Shown here piece by piece: positions 15,783 through 24,669 of a DNA stretch of 32,000 nt. A model generated the notes under the pieces. The model searched no databases. It was not told the DNA's origin and saw only the letters and a program-made list of their open reading frames with translations. The stretch is from assembly GCA_041659405.1 (NCBI GenBank), contig JBAZYK010000005.1, positions 31,796 to 63,795 of the forward strand, read 5' to 3'. The stretch's first letter is position 1; the number at the start of each line of letters is the position of its first letter. Origin of the DNA: Candidatus Altimarinota bacterium. Its GTDB lineage: Bacteria; Patescibacteriota; Gracilibacteria; UBA1369. Position numbers and translations under genes: made by a program.

Positions 15783-16547
15783 ATGGAAAAAAACAGTTTA
15801 AAAATCAGAAATTTGCATGTGGGGATTGATGGCCAAGAGATCATTAAAGGTTTGAATTTGGAAATCAATTCCGGTGAAATTCACATCATCATGGGCCCAA
15901 ATGGATCGGGCAAAAGTACGCTGTGCTATGCGCTGATGGGGCATCCTAAATATAAAATAACCGAAGGCGAGGCTTTGTTTAATGGCGTGAATATTCTTGA
16001 TTTAAGCCCGGACAAACGGGCTCAGCTTGGGCTTTTTCTGGCTTTTCAATATCCGCGAGAAGTTCCCGGTGTGACTCTTGGAAATTTTCTGCGTACGGCA
16101 AAAAACGCTATTACCAAGGCTCAAGATCCTAAGATAAAACCTTGTGGCCCGGCGCAATTTATTCCGGTTCTGCAAAAAGAATTGGAACTCACTAAAACTG
16201 ATCGCAAATTTGTAATCCGCGGCGTAAACGAAGGCCTTTCCGGTGGAGAAAAAAAACGCGCCGAAATTTTACAAATGGCCGTCCTCCAACCAAAAATGGC
16301 TCTTTTAGACGAGATTGATTCCGGATTGGACATTGACGCCCTAAAAGCAGTGGCAAATGGTATTCAAGCAGTATTTGAACGTAGCCAAATGGGCGTTTTG
16401 CTCATCACTCATTATCAAAGAATTTTAAACCATTTGAAACCACATTTTGTACACATCATGGTTGGCGGCAAGATTGTTAAATCCGGTGATCATGAACTGG
16501 CGATGGAATTGGAAAAAAATGGATATGAAAACTATCTGAAAACTTAA
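15783..16547 (+). CDS. sufC: Fe-S cluster assembly ATPase SufC
   Basis: Walker A GPNGSGKST, ABC signature LSGGEKKR, and Walker B LALLDEIDSGLD, at SufC length and in suf context. Confidence 0.93.
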   Translation: MEKNSLKIRNLHVGIDGQEIIKGLNLEINSGEIHIIMGPNGSGKSTLCYALMGHPKYKITEGEALFNGVNILDLSPDKRAQLGLFLAFQYPREVPGVTLGNFLRTAKNAITKAQDPKIKPCGPAQFIPVLQKELELTKTDRKFVIRGVNEGLSGGEKKRAEILQMAVLQPKMALLDEIDSGLDIDALKAVANGIQAVFERSQMGVLLITHYQRILNHLKPHFVHIMVGGKIVKSGDHELAMELEKNGYENYLKT

Positions 16548-16607
16548 AAACTTTCCCCTCGGCACGGGGGCCCCCCAAGACCCCCAAAGTGCCTCGGTGA
16601 AAGTTTT
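16547..16607 (+). other. GC-rich palindromic element in the sufC-sufB spacer
   Basis: AAAACTTTC...GGCAC [GGGGGCCCCCC AAGACCCCC AAA] GTGCC...GAAAGTTTT. The outer 9-bp and inner 5-bp arms are complementary, and the centre contains the self-complementary GGGGGCCCCC. Confidence 0.5.
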
Positions 16608-16648
16608 TGAGTTTTCAGATAAGGTGAATCAATTTTATTTAAATATTC

Positions 16649-18064
16649 ATGGCGATTAAGAATCAGGAGCAACAAAATTTGGCGCAAAATCATGATTATC
16701 AATATGGGTTTCATGTTGATAATAAAGCTGTGTTCAAAGCTGCAAAAGGTTTGACCGCCGATATTGTAAAAGCGATTTCTGCTCATAAGAAAGAGCCAAA
16801 ATGGATGCTGGATTTTAGGTTGAAGGCTTTTGAGATTTACAATTCAAAACCTATGCCAACTTGGGGCGGCGACCTTGCCAGTATCGATTTTGAAAATATT
16901 CATTACTACATTAAGCCTTCGGACAGGCCTACGCGCAGCTGGGAAGATGTTCCGGCGGAAATCAAAGAAACTTTTGACCGTTTAGGTGTTCCGGAAGCCG
17001 AAAGAAAATTTTTATCCGGCAGTGGCGCGCAATTTGAATCGGAAGTTATCTATCATAATTTGCAGGAAACTCTCCAAAAAAAAGGGGTGATTTTTGAAGG
17101 AACCGATGCGGCTTTGCAAAAATATCCGGAACTTTTTAAAGAATATTTCGCGACGGTTGTGCCACCCGGTGACAACAAATTTGCGGCTTTAAATTCAGCA
17201 GTCTGGTCTGGCGGATCTTTTATTTACATACCAAAAGGTGTGCATATTGAACTGCCTTTGCAGGCTTATTTCCGCATCAATGCCGAGAATATGGGTCAGT
17301 TTGAAAGAACTCTGATTATTGCCGATGAAGGCTCTTCCGTGCACTACGTTGAAGGCTGTACTGCGCCAACTTATTCCAGCGATTCTCTGCATTCAGCGGT
17401 TGTGGAAATTATTGTAAAAAAAGGTGCGCGTGTTCAATACACAACAATTCAAAACTGGTCGAATAACGTTTATAATCTTGTGACCAAACGCGCAAAAGCT
17501 TTTGCAGATGCCACTATGTTCTGGCTCGATTGTAACCTCGGATCAAAATTAACGATGAAATATCCGGCTGTTTTGTTGATGGAACCGGGCGCAAAGGCGG
17601 AGGTTTTGTCGATCGCGTTTGCAGGCAAAGGACAGCATCAGGATGCCGGTGCAAAGGTCATTCACTTGGCTCCAAATACTTCTTCAACCATCACTTCCAA
17701 ATCAATCAGCAAAGGCGGTGGAAGGACTTCTTATCGTGGGCTGGTGCGCGTTTATCCGGGTGCTAAAGGCGTAAAGTCACGCGTGGTTTGTGATGCGCTT
17801 TTACTTGATCCGGATTCACGTTCGGACACTTATCCCACAATGGATATTAATGAAGATGATGTTTCGATTGCGCATGAAGCAACAGTCAGCAAAATTGGTG
17901 AAGAGCAGTTATTTTATTTGATGTCGCGTGGTTTAAGTGAGCAGGAAGCGGCAACTATGATCGTGAATGGTTTTATTGATCCGATCGTGAAGGTTCTGCC
18001 AATGGAATATGCAATTGAAATGAACAGATTAATTGCGATGGAGATGACGGGATCTGTTGGATAG
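16649..18064 (+). CDS. sufB: Fe-S cluster assembly protein SufB
   Basis: 471 aa with [11 protein letters not shown]..., [23 protein letters not shown] and [21 protein letters not shown], which are typical SufB motifs. Confidence 0.93.
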   Translation: MAIKNQEQQNLAQNHDYQYGFHVDNKAVFKAAKGLTADIVKAISAHKKEPKWMLDFRLKAFEIYNSKPMPTWGGDLASIDFENIHYYIKPSDRPTRSWEDVPAEIKETFDRLGVPEAERKFLSGSGAQFESEVIYHNLQETLQKKGVIFEGTDAALQKYPELFKEYFATVVPPGDNKFAALNSAVWSGGSFIYIPKGVHIELPLQAYFRINAENMGQFERTLIIADEGSSVHYVEGCTAPTYSSDSLHSAVVEIIVKKGARVQYTTIQNWSNNVYNLVTKRAKAFADATMFWLDCNLGSKLTMKYPAVLLMEPGAKAEVLSIAFAGKGQHQDAGAKVIHLAPNTSSTITSKSISKGGGRTSYRGLVRVYPGAKGVKSRVVCDALLLDPDSRSDTYPTMDINEDDVSIAHEATVSKIGEEQLFYLMSRGLSEQEAATMIVNGFIDPIVKVLPMEYAIEMNRLIAMEMTGSVG

Positions 18065-18097
18065 AACGACACTGTACAAATAATTTACACAAGAATA

Positions 18098-18814
18098 ATG
18101 ACTCAGGTAAGCATAAAATCAGCAAATTGTAATATAAAGGAATTAGCTTTTCGAAAATTGACTGAAGAGCTAACGATTCCGCGTGGAGTAGAACAGACTA
18201 TCGTGGTGGATCATCTTGAAAATGCTCATATTTTGCTGGAAGAAGGCGCAAAACTTACGTTTATTTATTGCGGATTTGAAGGTTTTAAAGATCTTAAAAA
18301 GATAACTTTTGAATTTGGTGGACGTGAATCGGAACTTCACTTTTTGGGTTTTATTATTGGAACAAAAGATCAAACTTTTCCATTTGAAACTGTTTCTTTG
18401 CACAAAGTTCCTCAAACCAAAGCGCATTATAACGTGCGCGCAACCATGTTTGATCATTCCAAAGTCGACTACAAAGGTAATATCATCATCAAAAAATCGG
18501 CACCATTAACAGATGCTTATTTGGCTCACCATACTTTGCTTTTGTCTGATTTTGCCCGAGCCAGAACCATTCCGGCGTTAGAAATTGAAGCGGATGACGT
18601 TAAGGCAGGTCACGCAGCCACAATTGGCAAAGTTGATGAAGAGGTGATGTTTTATTTGCAAAGTCGTGGTCTGGATAAAATTCAGGCAGAACTCTTACAA
18701 ATTTCCGGATTTTTTGAACAGCAATTACAACAGGTGCCAGACGAGGAGCTTGCTTGTTCTTTACGAGAACTGATAAAATCACATTTGCCTCTTAATTTAA
18801 ATAATAATTTTTAA
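18098..18814 (+). CDS. sufD: Short SufD-like protein
   Basis: AHHTLLLSD.ARARTIPALEIEADDVKAGHAATIGKVDEEVMFYLQSRGL is the SufB/D C-terminal beta-helix signature. It sits after sufB. At 238 aa it is shorter than classical SufD. Confidence 0.8.
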   Translation: MTQVSIKSANCNIKELAFRKLTEELTIPRGVEQTIVVDHLENAHILLEEGAKLTFIYCGFEGFKDLKKITFEFGGRESELHFLGFIIGTKDQTFPFETVSLHKVPQTKAHYNVRATMFDHSKVDYKGNIIIKKSAPLTDAYLAHHTLLLSDFARARTIPALEIEADDVKAGHAATIGKVDEEVMFYLQSRGLDKIQAELLQISGFFEQQLQQVPDEELACSLRELIKSHLPLNLNNNF

Positions 18815-18831
18815 TTCCTAATTTTTTTTAT

Positions 18832-19002
18832 ATGGATCCAAAAAAAGCTCAACCAAAAAAACATGACGACGCAGACAAAACTAAGGAAACCGAAGAAGGA
18901 TGCTGCGGCCGTGGATGCGGCGACAAATGCGACGACGCAAAAGAAGTTACAAAAGATGAAGGCGGTTGTTGTGGCGGCGGATGCTGCAAAGACCAACAAT
19001 AA
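18832..19002 (+). CDS. Small cysteine-rich protein (56 aa, 8 Cys), not in the supplied track (below its size cutoff)
   Basis: My translation is MDPKKAQPKKHDDADKTKETEEGCCGRGCGDKCDDAKEVTKDEGGCCGGGCCKDQQ*. It is on the same strand as the suf operon and fills the sufD-sufS gap (17 nt after the sufD stop, 11 nt before the sufS ATG). The competing antisense ORF 18811-18999 is a hydrophobic shadow. Confidence 0.5.
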   Translation: MDPKKAQPKKHDDADKTKETEEGCCGRGCGDKCDDAKEVTKDEGGCCGGGCCKDQQ

Positions 19003-19013
19003 ATAATTTATTA

Positions 19014-20300
19014 ATGAATATTCAGGAGCTCAAAAAAGATTTCCCGATTTTGCAGCAAAAAATTAAAGGTAAAACCCTGGTCTATTTGGATAATGCCTCC
19101 ACAAGCCAAAAACCACTTGTTGTGATTAAGGCGCTGGAGGAATTTTATCTAACTTCCAACGCCAATATTCATCGGGGAATTCACACTCTTTCCGAAAGAG
19201 CCACCGAAGCTTACGAAAAAACACGCACGCATGTTGCCAAATTTATTAACGCTTCCGAAAGCGCGGAAATTATTTTTACCCGCAACGCCACGGAATCCAT
19301 AAATTTGGTGGCCTACACCTGGTGTGAACAAAATATTTATTCAGGAGATGATATTGTAGTAAGCGCTTTAGAGCACCATTCCAATCTTGTGCCATGGCAA
19401 CAGGTTTGCCTTAAAAAAAAGGCGAATTTAAAGGTAATTCCAATAAATAAAGATGGAACTTTGGATCTTAGCAATCTTGAATCTTTGATCACGGAAAAAA
19501 CTAAATTGGTGGCCGTGACTCAAATGTCCAATGCGCTTGGGACCGTGGTTCCGCTTGAAAAAATTATTGCGCGGGCACGCATGGTTGGAGCAAAAATTTT
19601 AGTGGATGGAGCGCAAGGTATTCCGCATCTGGGAATTGATGTGCGAAAATTGGATATTGATTTTTTGGCTTTCTCTGCGCATAAAATGCTTGGGCCAACC
19701 GGAGTTGGAATTTTGTATGGAAAGCGTGAATTATTGGAAAATATGCCGCCGTTTTTATTTGGAGGAGAAATGATTTTGGAGGTCGATCAATTTGAATCAC
19801 GATGGAATCAAATCCCATGGAAGTTTGAAGCGGGCACGCCCAATATTGCTGATGTGGTGGCCTTTGATGCCGCACTTAGTTATATCGAAAAAATTGGTTA
19901 CGATTTTATTAAAGAACAGGACCAAAAACTTTTGGCTTATGCTCGAGCAAAACTTTCAACTCTTCCGGGGATTGAAATTTACGGACCAGCTGACCAGGAA
20001 AATGAAGATGAAAAATCCCTGAGCGAAACGAGTTCCACTAGCGATAAAAACGCGCACTCTGCACGCAGTAGTGGAATTTTATCGTTCAATATTCCCGGCG
20101 TTCATCCACATGATGTTGGTTCAATTTTGAGTGAAGAAGGTGTCGCGATCAGAGCCGGACACCATTGCGCGCAGCCACTTCTTGCCAGTCTTGGGATTTT
20201 TGCAACTGCCCGAATGAGTTTTTATTTTTACAATACCGAAGAAGATATTGATGCCGCTTTTGATGCATTAAAAAAAGTTTACAAACTTTTTAAAATCTAA
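19014..20300 (+). CDS. sufS: Cysteine desulfurase SufS
   Basis: I moved the start to MNIQELKKDFPILQ. Motifs are YLDNASTSQKP, HHSNLVPWQ, FSAHKMLGPTGVGILYG (PLP Lys) and RAGHHCAQPL (catalytic Cys). There is a low-complexity insert, ADQENEDEKSLSETSSTSDKNAHSARSS. Confidence 0.92.
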   Translation: MNIQELKKDFPILQQKIKGKTLVYLDNASTSQKPLVVIKALEEFYLTSNANIHRGIHTLSERATEAYEKTRTHVAKFINASESAEIIFTRNATESINLVAYTWCEQNIYSGDDIVVSALEHHSNLVPWQQVCLKKKANLKVIPINKDGTLDLSNLESLITEKTKLVAVTQMSNALGTVVPLEKIIARARMVGAKILVDGAQGIPHLGIDVRKLDIDFLAFSAHKMLGPTGVGILYGKRELLENMPPFLFGGEMILEVDQFESRWNQIPWKFEAGTPNIADVVAFDAALSYIEKIGYDFIKEQDQKLLAYARAKLSTLPGIEIYGPADQENEDEKSLSETSSTSDKNAHSARSSGILSFNIPGVHPHDVGSILSEEGVAIRAGHHCAQPLLASLGIFATARMSFYFYNTEEDIDAAFDALKKVYKLFKI

Positions 20301-20683
20301 TGGAACTTTACGCAGAAATCATTTTGGATCACTATCAAAATCCACATCATTTTGGAACGCTTTCACATGCGACTTTTTGCGCTGAAGATGCTAATCCCCT
20401 CTGCGGAGATAAACTTAAAATGGATTTCGTGATTGATAAAAATGACAAAATTAGCGACGTGGCGTTTAGCGGAGAAGGATGCGCAATAAGCCGAGCGAGT
20501 GCTTCCATGCTCACGGACGAATTGATCGGCAAATCGCTCGAAGAAGCCGGAAAAATCACCAGTGAAAATATTTTCGAAATGATTCAGGTTCCGCTAACAC
20601 CCGCGCGTGTGAAGTGTGCACTTTTGGGATTGGCGGTTTTGAAAAAGGCTTTACTTGAACAGAAATTAAAAATTAATAATTAG
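20300..20683 (+). CDS. sufU: SufU/IscU-like Fe-S scaffold / sulfur acceptor
   Basis: LDHYQNPHHFG, NPLCGD, GEGCAIS and KCALL give three conserved Cys in SufU spacing. Its ATG overlaps the sufS stop (TAATG). Confidence 0.88.
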   Translation: MELYAEIILDHYQNPHHFGTLSHATFCAEDANPLCGDKLKMDFVIDKNDKISDVAFSGEGCAISRASASMLTDELIGKSLEEAGKITSENIFEMIQVPLTPARVKCALLGLAVLKKALLEQKLKINN

Positions 20684-20754
20684 TAATTAGAAATGCCTTT
20701 ATTGTAAAATTATGAATTATAAATTGGTTGAATCATATTTGTAAACTGAACACC

Positions 20755-21084
20755 ATGACAGACAAACCAACTCCAATTACATTTGACGATAAGCACCCAT
20801 ACTGGGAGGCGATTAATGAAGTCCTGGACCCGGAAACCGGCATTGGCATTGCCGACATGGGAATTATTTATGATGTTCAGCAAAAAAAAGGCGTGGTCGA
20901 TGTAAAAATGACACTGACTTCAATGGGCTGTCCCGCCGGCCCGGATATTGTCACAAGTCTGGATGGCGTTTTACGAATGCAGCACGGCGTAAAAGACGTG
21001 ATGATTGAAGTGGTCTGGGATCCAATGTGGACGCCTGATCGCATGAAACCGGAAATTCGTGAAATGCTGTTTATGGGCTTTTAG
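20755..21084 (+). CDS. sufT: DUF59 / SufT-like Fe-S assembly protein
   Basis: VLDPETGIGIADMGIIYDV...MTLTSMGCPAGP...V.W.P.WTPDRM is the MIP18/DUF59 family pattern. I moved the start to the internal ATG (MTDKPTP). Confidence 0.8.
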   Translation: MTDKPTPITFDDKHPYWEAINEVLDPETGIGIADMGIIYDVQQKKGVVDVKMTLTSMGCPAGPDIVTSLDGVLRMQHGVKDVMIEVVWDPMWTPDRMKPEIREMLFMGF

Positions 21085-21113
21085 CCAACGTTTGTGCTGT
21101 TGCCAAAATCTTT

Positions 21114-21656
21114 TTAGGCGTTTTTTTCGAAAATTTTGAAACTGAATTTTAGACCGTTTTCTTCGCTAACTTCCGAGGTGGATTTTAGAGAGAAATTTTT
21201 CTGAAGAGACTCTTTTGGGAAAAAAGTATCGCAATTAAAAGTCTGTTCAATTTGCGTAAGATAAATCGTTTGGCAATCCGGATGATCAATGGCTTGAGCA
21301 AAAATATTTGCGCCACCAATCACAAAAACATTTTCAATTTGAAAGTTTTGCTGAGAAGTTTCTTCCAAACTTTTTAGAGCTTCTTCAAGAGAGTGAAAAA
21401 GCAGAACGCCTTCCGGCAAAGTTAGTTCTCCCCTGCTAAGCACAATATTCACACGATTTTTGAGAGGTCTGTGTTTTTCCGGAAGAGAATCCCAAGTTTT
21501 TCTGCCCATAATCACTGCGTTTGTTTTTTGTTGATATTGAACTCCAGTGGTTACGTCTGAAAAATACTTTAAATCCGAAGGCAATCGCCAAGGCATAGTA
21601 TTATTTTTTCCGATTCCAAATTCCTGATCTACTGCTACAACTAGAGAAAATTTCAT
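21114..21656 (-). CDS. folA: Dihydrofolate reductase
   Basis: VAVDQEFGIGKNNTMPWRLPSDLKYF, VIMGRKTWDSLPEKHRPLKNRVNIVLSR and VIGGANIF are DHFR motifs. Confidence 0.9.
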   Translation of the reverse strand: MKFSLVVAVDQEFGIGKNNTMPWRLPSDLKYFSDVTTGVQYQQKTNAVIMGRKTWDSLPEKHRPLKNRVNIVLSRGELTLPEGVLLFHSLEEALKSLEETSQQNFQIENVFVIGGANIFAQAIDHPDCQTIYLTQIEQTFNCDTFFPKESLQKNFSLKSTSEVSEENGLKFSFKIFEKNA

Positions 21657-21683
21657 GGGTAAATTTTTAGTTCTTAAAGATTT

Positions 21684-21835
21684 TAGTTATATTTTTTTGT
21701 TCAACGCCACTTCTGGATATTTTTTTTATTCATTAACCGCTTTTGTATATAATTTTTATCCAGCTCCGCCCGTGAATACTTTTATTGTTCAACCGGTGCG
21801 CCTGGATACATTTCTTATTCAACGTGAATCCTCTT
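21684..21835. repeat. Five to six tandem degenerate ~30-bp repeats in the thyA-folA spacer
   Basis: On the + strand the units have the form T(G/A)(G/A/T)ATA(C/T)-T-rich-ATTnnTTCAAC. Starts are ~21684, 21714 (TGGATATTTTTTTTATTCATTAACC), 21745, 21773 (TGAATACTTTTATTGTTCAACC), 21803 (TGGATACATTTCTTATTCAAC) and 21825. Confidence 0.45.
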
Positions 21836-21844
21836 ATTAATCTG

Positions 21845-22741
21845 CTAAACTGCCACTTCAAACTTGATAAAATCGTGATGTTGATATCCTACTAATTCAA
21901 AATCTTCATACTGCAAATCCTGAAAAGGTTTTTTGGCAATTTTTAAAGTTGGTAATGGGAACTCTGTCCGTTCGAGCTGTTTTTTAAGTCCTTCAATGTG
22001 GTTTAAATAGATATGTGCATCACCTAAAGTGTGAGTGAAAATTCCCGGAATTAATCCGCATTCCTGAGCAACCATTTGCAGAAGCGCCGCGTAACTCGCA
22101 ATGTTAAAAGGCACACCCAGGGCAATGTCGGCACTGCGCTGATAAAGCTGTAAATCAAGCCGTCCGTTGATTACATAAAATTGGAAAAAAGCGTGACATG
22201 GCGGGAGTTTCATTCGATCAATATCAGCAACATTCCAGGCACTTACAATTATGCGACGAGAATCTGGATTTTTTTTGATGGTGTCGATTGCCTGCTGGAT
22301 CTGATCGATGTGCGATTTTTCATATTTAACCTCAAAGGTCGTTGCGTTTTGATCAGCGGTATCGCTTTGCGATGCTTCTTTGTTGTCCGGCGTAGTGGCC
22401 GGACTGGGCTTCGCTTCGCTCGCCCTGCTGAACTTCTCCCATTTGCGCCATTGATAGCCATAAATCGGGCCAAGGTCGCCGTTTTCATCGGCCCAGGCAT
22501 TCCAGATTGGCGTGTACTCTTTAAGGCCTTCATTGATGTTGGTGGAACCTTTTAAAAACCATAAAAGCTCACGCAGAATGCCGTCAAAACGGACTTTTTT
22601 AGTGGTAAGCAGCGGAAAACCATCACGTAAATCATATTTGCGCTGAACACCAAAAATGGAAATCGTTCCAACCCCTGTACGATCACGTTTTTCGGCTCCA
22701 GTTTCCAATACTTCGCGAACCAGACTGTGATATTGTTCCAT
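21845..22741 (-). CDS. thyA: Thymidylate synthase ThyA
   Basis: [61 protein letters not shown] and GDAHIY. A ~40-aa low-complexity insert sits at the variable small-domain position. Confidence 0.93.
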   Translation of the reverse strand: MEQYHSLVREVLETGAEKRDRTGVGTISIFGVQRKYDLRDGFPLLTTKKVRFDGILRELLWFLKGSTNINEGLKEYTPIWNAWADENGDLGPIYGYQWRKWEKFSRASEAKPSPATTPDNKEASQSDTADQNATTFEVKYEKSHIDQIQQAIDTIKKNPDSRRIIVSAWNVADIDRMKLPPCHAFFQFYVINGRLDLQLYQRSADIALGVPFNIASYAALLQMVAQECGLIPGIFTHTLGDAHIYLNHIEGLKKQLERTEFPLPTLKIAKKPFQDLQYEDFELVGYQHHDFIKFEVAV

Positions 22742-22857
22742 GAAAATTTTAATGAGGAAGCAAGGCCATTCTAGGGAAATTTTGGGGAAATGTTAAATTA
22801 ATGTGCTTAATTTGGGTTTTTAATTTGCATTAAGGGCTTCAGGGAAAGGCTTTTTTG

Positions 22858-22866
22858 TGGTATAAT
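22858..22866 (+). promoter_or_regulatory. Extended -10 promoter element (TGgTATAAT)
   Basis: TG at 22858-22859 and TATAAT at 22861-22866, 22 nt upstream of the 22889 ATG. Confidence 0.35.
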
Positions 22867-22888
22867 AAAAAGATTTTTATAAAAAATT

Positions 22889-23671
22889 ATGGGAGTATCT
22901 GCAGAAAATAAGGATAATTTGGAACCACAAAATGTGGGGCCGGTTGATGTGCGTGATTTTGTTGATGATACGGTGCGTGATTATGTGAGCGCAATGGGAC
23001 GTCTGGATCAAACTGCTTTGAAAAATTTGGAAGATGAATTTGTTTGCAAGGATGTTAATTGGGGAAAACCATGGCTAAAAGGCTTAAAAGAATATTTAGT
23101 TAATAAGGGCGAGCGCAACCCCAGTGATATAAAAAAAGCTTTGGAAATCTACAAAGAGGAACAATTACACAAAATAGATAAACATCATGTTGAATCCAAA
23201 TCTTCGAATGATCCGGAAAAATTGGCTTATCACACAAAATTGCACATGGTTGAGTCTTTGCTTGGAGGCCTGCCAAAAGCCGCCAATGACAATGCTAAAA
23301 AGAAAAATCCGGAAAAGAATAAAGGTATCCTTGTTTTAAAAGATAAGGAAGCTTATGGGAATTTTGTTCAAAATATAATCGATCAGGTTAAGTGGGGCGT
23401 GGGCAAAGTAATGACAGTTGTCGCCGGAAAAGAAAACAAATGGGCCAAGCAATTAATGGAACCGTGGGAACAATATCGCGCCAAAGAAAGAGAACGATTT
23501 GACGCACAAGATAAAGCTCAGGCAGAAAAAAGCGGACAAACTACCGCTCCTCCGGCAAGTGAGCAGGCTCATGAGCCACCGCCAAGCACGTTGCCCGTGG
23601 AAATGACTGAACCATTGTTGCCAAATCAAGCTGCAAATGATAATGCGGAAGCTGCGAATAAAGCGGCTTAA
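22889..23671 (+). CDS. Hypothetical protein (260 aa)
   Basis: Track ORF, charged and probably helical. It has a repeated AANDNA motif (internal and at the C-terminus) and no recognised domain. Confidence 0.6.
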   Translation: MGVSAENKDNLEPQNVGPVDVRDFVDDTVRDYVSAMGRLDQTALKNLEDEFVCKDVNWGKPWLKGLKEYLVNKGERNPSDIKKALEIYKEEQLHKIDKHHVESKSSNDPEKLAYHTKLHMVESLLGGLPKAANDNAKKKNPEKNKGILVLKDKEAYGNFVQNIIDQVKWGVGKVMTVVAGKENKWAKQLMEPWEQYRAKERERFDAQDKAQAEKSGQTTAPPASEQAHEPPPSTLPVEMTEPLLPNQAANDNAEAANKAA

Positions 23672-23757
23672 TTCAGCCAAAATCTGCTCTCATTCACTTT
23701 CGCATAAAGTTACCATGGAACTCGCTCCGCTCGCAGTAGCAATAGGCACTTTGTGCG

Positions 23758-23766
23758 TGGTAGAAT
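23758..23766 (+). promoter_or_regulatory. Extended -10 element (TGgTAGAAT) placed for a leaderless or near-leaderless transcript
   Basis: The -10 hexamer ends at 23766 and the ATG is at 23773. Confidence 0.3.
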
Positions 23767-23772
23767 GGGCAC

Positions 23773-24669
23773 ATGACTACTGACTTTTCACAACAACGCT
23801 TGGAAAAATATCAACAGACACTTAAGCAAAATTACACCGGCTGTCTTTTTGATATTGATGGGACTCTAACTGTACGAGGTGACGAATTCATGCCGGAATT
23901 TATGAATCAACCTTTGGCGGAAATGGCTTTACAGATACCCATGGGCGTGTGCACGGCAAGAAGACTTGCTCACGCTTACGAAAAACTTGCGCCGATGTTT
24001 ATGAAATCTTCCAATCCGTTAAAAAGTCAGGAAAATTGGGTTTTGATTTGTGAAAATGGTGGAATTGGTTATGTTTTTGATCCTGTGAAAAAGAAATATG
24101 AAGAATTTTTCAGAGTGGATTTTTTTTATGATGACGAGCAAAAAAACAATATCTATGAACAGATAAAAAATGCGCTTGGTGATAAAGTTGGCGTCTCTTT
24201 TCAAAACGAAGTTAGTATTGTTTTTCGGCCAATCAACGTTGACGATAATGACCGTGAAGAATTGGCCAAAAGAAGCCATGAGCTCGCCATGATGATTAAG
24301 GAGGTTTTACCAAAATATGATCCAAAAACTGTTTTAAGAATTGGCGATTCCGGAATTGGAGTGGTGGTTTTTCCATATACCGGAAATAAAGAAAACGGGA
24401 CCGCCATGTTCGCGAAATATCTAAGCAAAAAAAATGGATATAAATTTAGTCCAAATCTGCAGGAAATTGTGGTTGTAGGCGATCAACCGATTCCGGGCGG
24501 GAATGATGAATTTTTTCTGGATGGCAAATATGGCACGCCTTTCACAGTTGGCGAAGTTCATCCCCAGAATCTATTGCCCTTACCGGTCTATAAGAGCGAT
24601 AATGAAATTATAAAAGGCCCCGAGGGGACTTTAAGTTTATTACAACAATTACACTTTAATCATGATTGA
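23773..24669 (+). CDS. HAD-superfamily hydrolase (Cof/IIB-like)
   Basis: Motif I is LFDIDGTLT, with C-terminal GDQPIPGGNDEFF (motif IV-like) and a large cap region. Confidence 0.65.
   Translation: MTTDFSQQRLEKYQQTLKQNYTGCLFDIDGTLTVRGDEFMPEFMNQPLAEMALQIPMGVCTARRLAHAYEKLAPMFMKSSNPLKSQENWVLICENGGIGYVFDPVKKKYEEFFRVDFFYDDEQKNNIYEQIKNALGDKVGVSFQNEVSIVFRPINVDDNDREELAKRSHELAMMIKEVLPKYDPKTVLRIGDSGIGVVVFPYTGNKENGTAMFAKYLSKKNGYKFSPNLQEIVVVGDQPIPGGNDEFFLDGKYGTPFTVGEVHPQNLLPLPVYKSDNEIIKGPEGTLSLLQQLHFNHD

Noticed and set aside
16544-16786. Numerous antisense or overlapping track ORFs: 3013-3222, 3552-3827, 5505-5699, 6203-6475, 7247-7516, 11790-12114, 12143-12443, 13637-13980, 14351-14959, 16121-16333, 16544-16786, 17195-17392, 18170-18782, 18811-18999, 19149-19875, 20347-20559, 21655-21840, 22181-22555, 24019-24428, 24674-25300, 26476-26694, 26929-27437, 27592-28530, 28864-29546, 29787-29981, 30037-30228 and 30337-31506.
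   Set aside because: Each lies inside or antisense to a longer ORF with clear family motifs, or over an RNA or repeat feature. The sequences are low-complexity or hydrophobic shadows with no motifs.
21684-21835. The thyA-folA tandem repeats considered as a CRISPR array or as an oriC/DnaA-box cluster.
   Set aside because: There are no unique spacers between units, the units are degenerate and only ~30 bp, and there are no cas genes. DnaA-box similarity is only 6-7 of 9 positions, and there is no dnaA/dnaN context.
22330-22450. Low-complexity inserts in ThyA (~40 aa), in SufS (ADQENEDEKSLSETSSTSDKNAHSARSS, ~19990-20075) and in the Mrp-like ATPase, plus the GKPQ-rich tail of the NYN protein (~25163-25291), considered as possible inteins or mobile insertions.
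   Set aside because: They have no intein splice motifs (no C/S...HN-C/S/T boundaries) and sit at known variable surface loops or termini. Such disordered inserts are common and are not evidence of a separate element.
23620-23671. The C-terminal ...NQAANDNAEAANKAA of the 260-aa hypothetical protein resembles an SsrA/tmRNA degradation tag, raising the idea of a hidden tmRNA gene.
   Set aside because: There is no tRNA-like acceptor/T-arm or CCA end nearby. The motif also occurs internally (AANDNAKKK) with different codons, so it is a protein-level repeat within a normal ORF.
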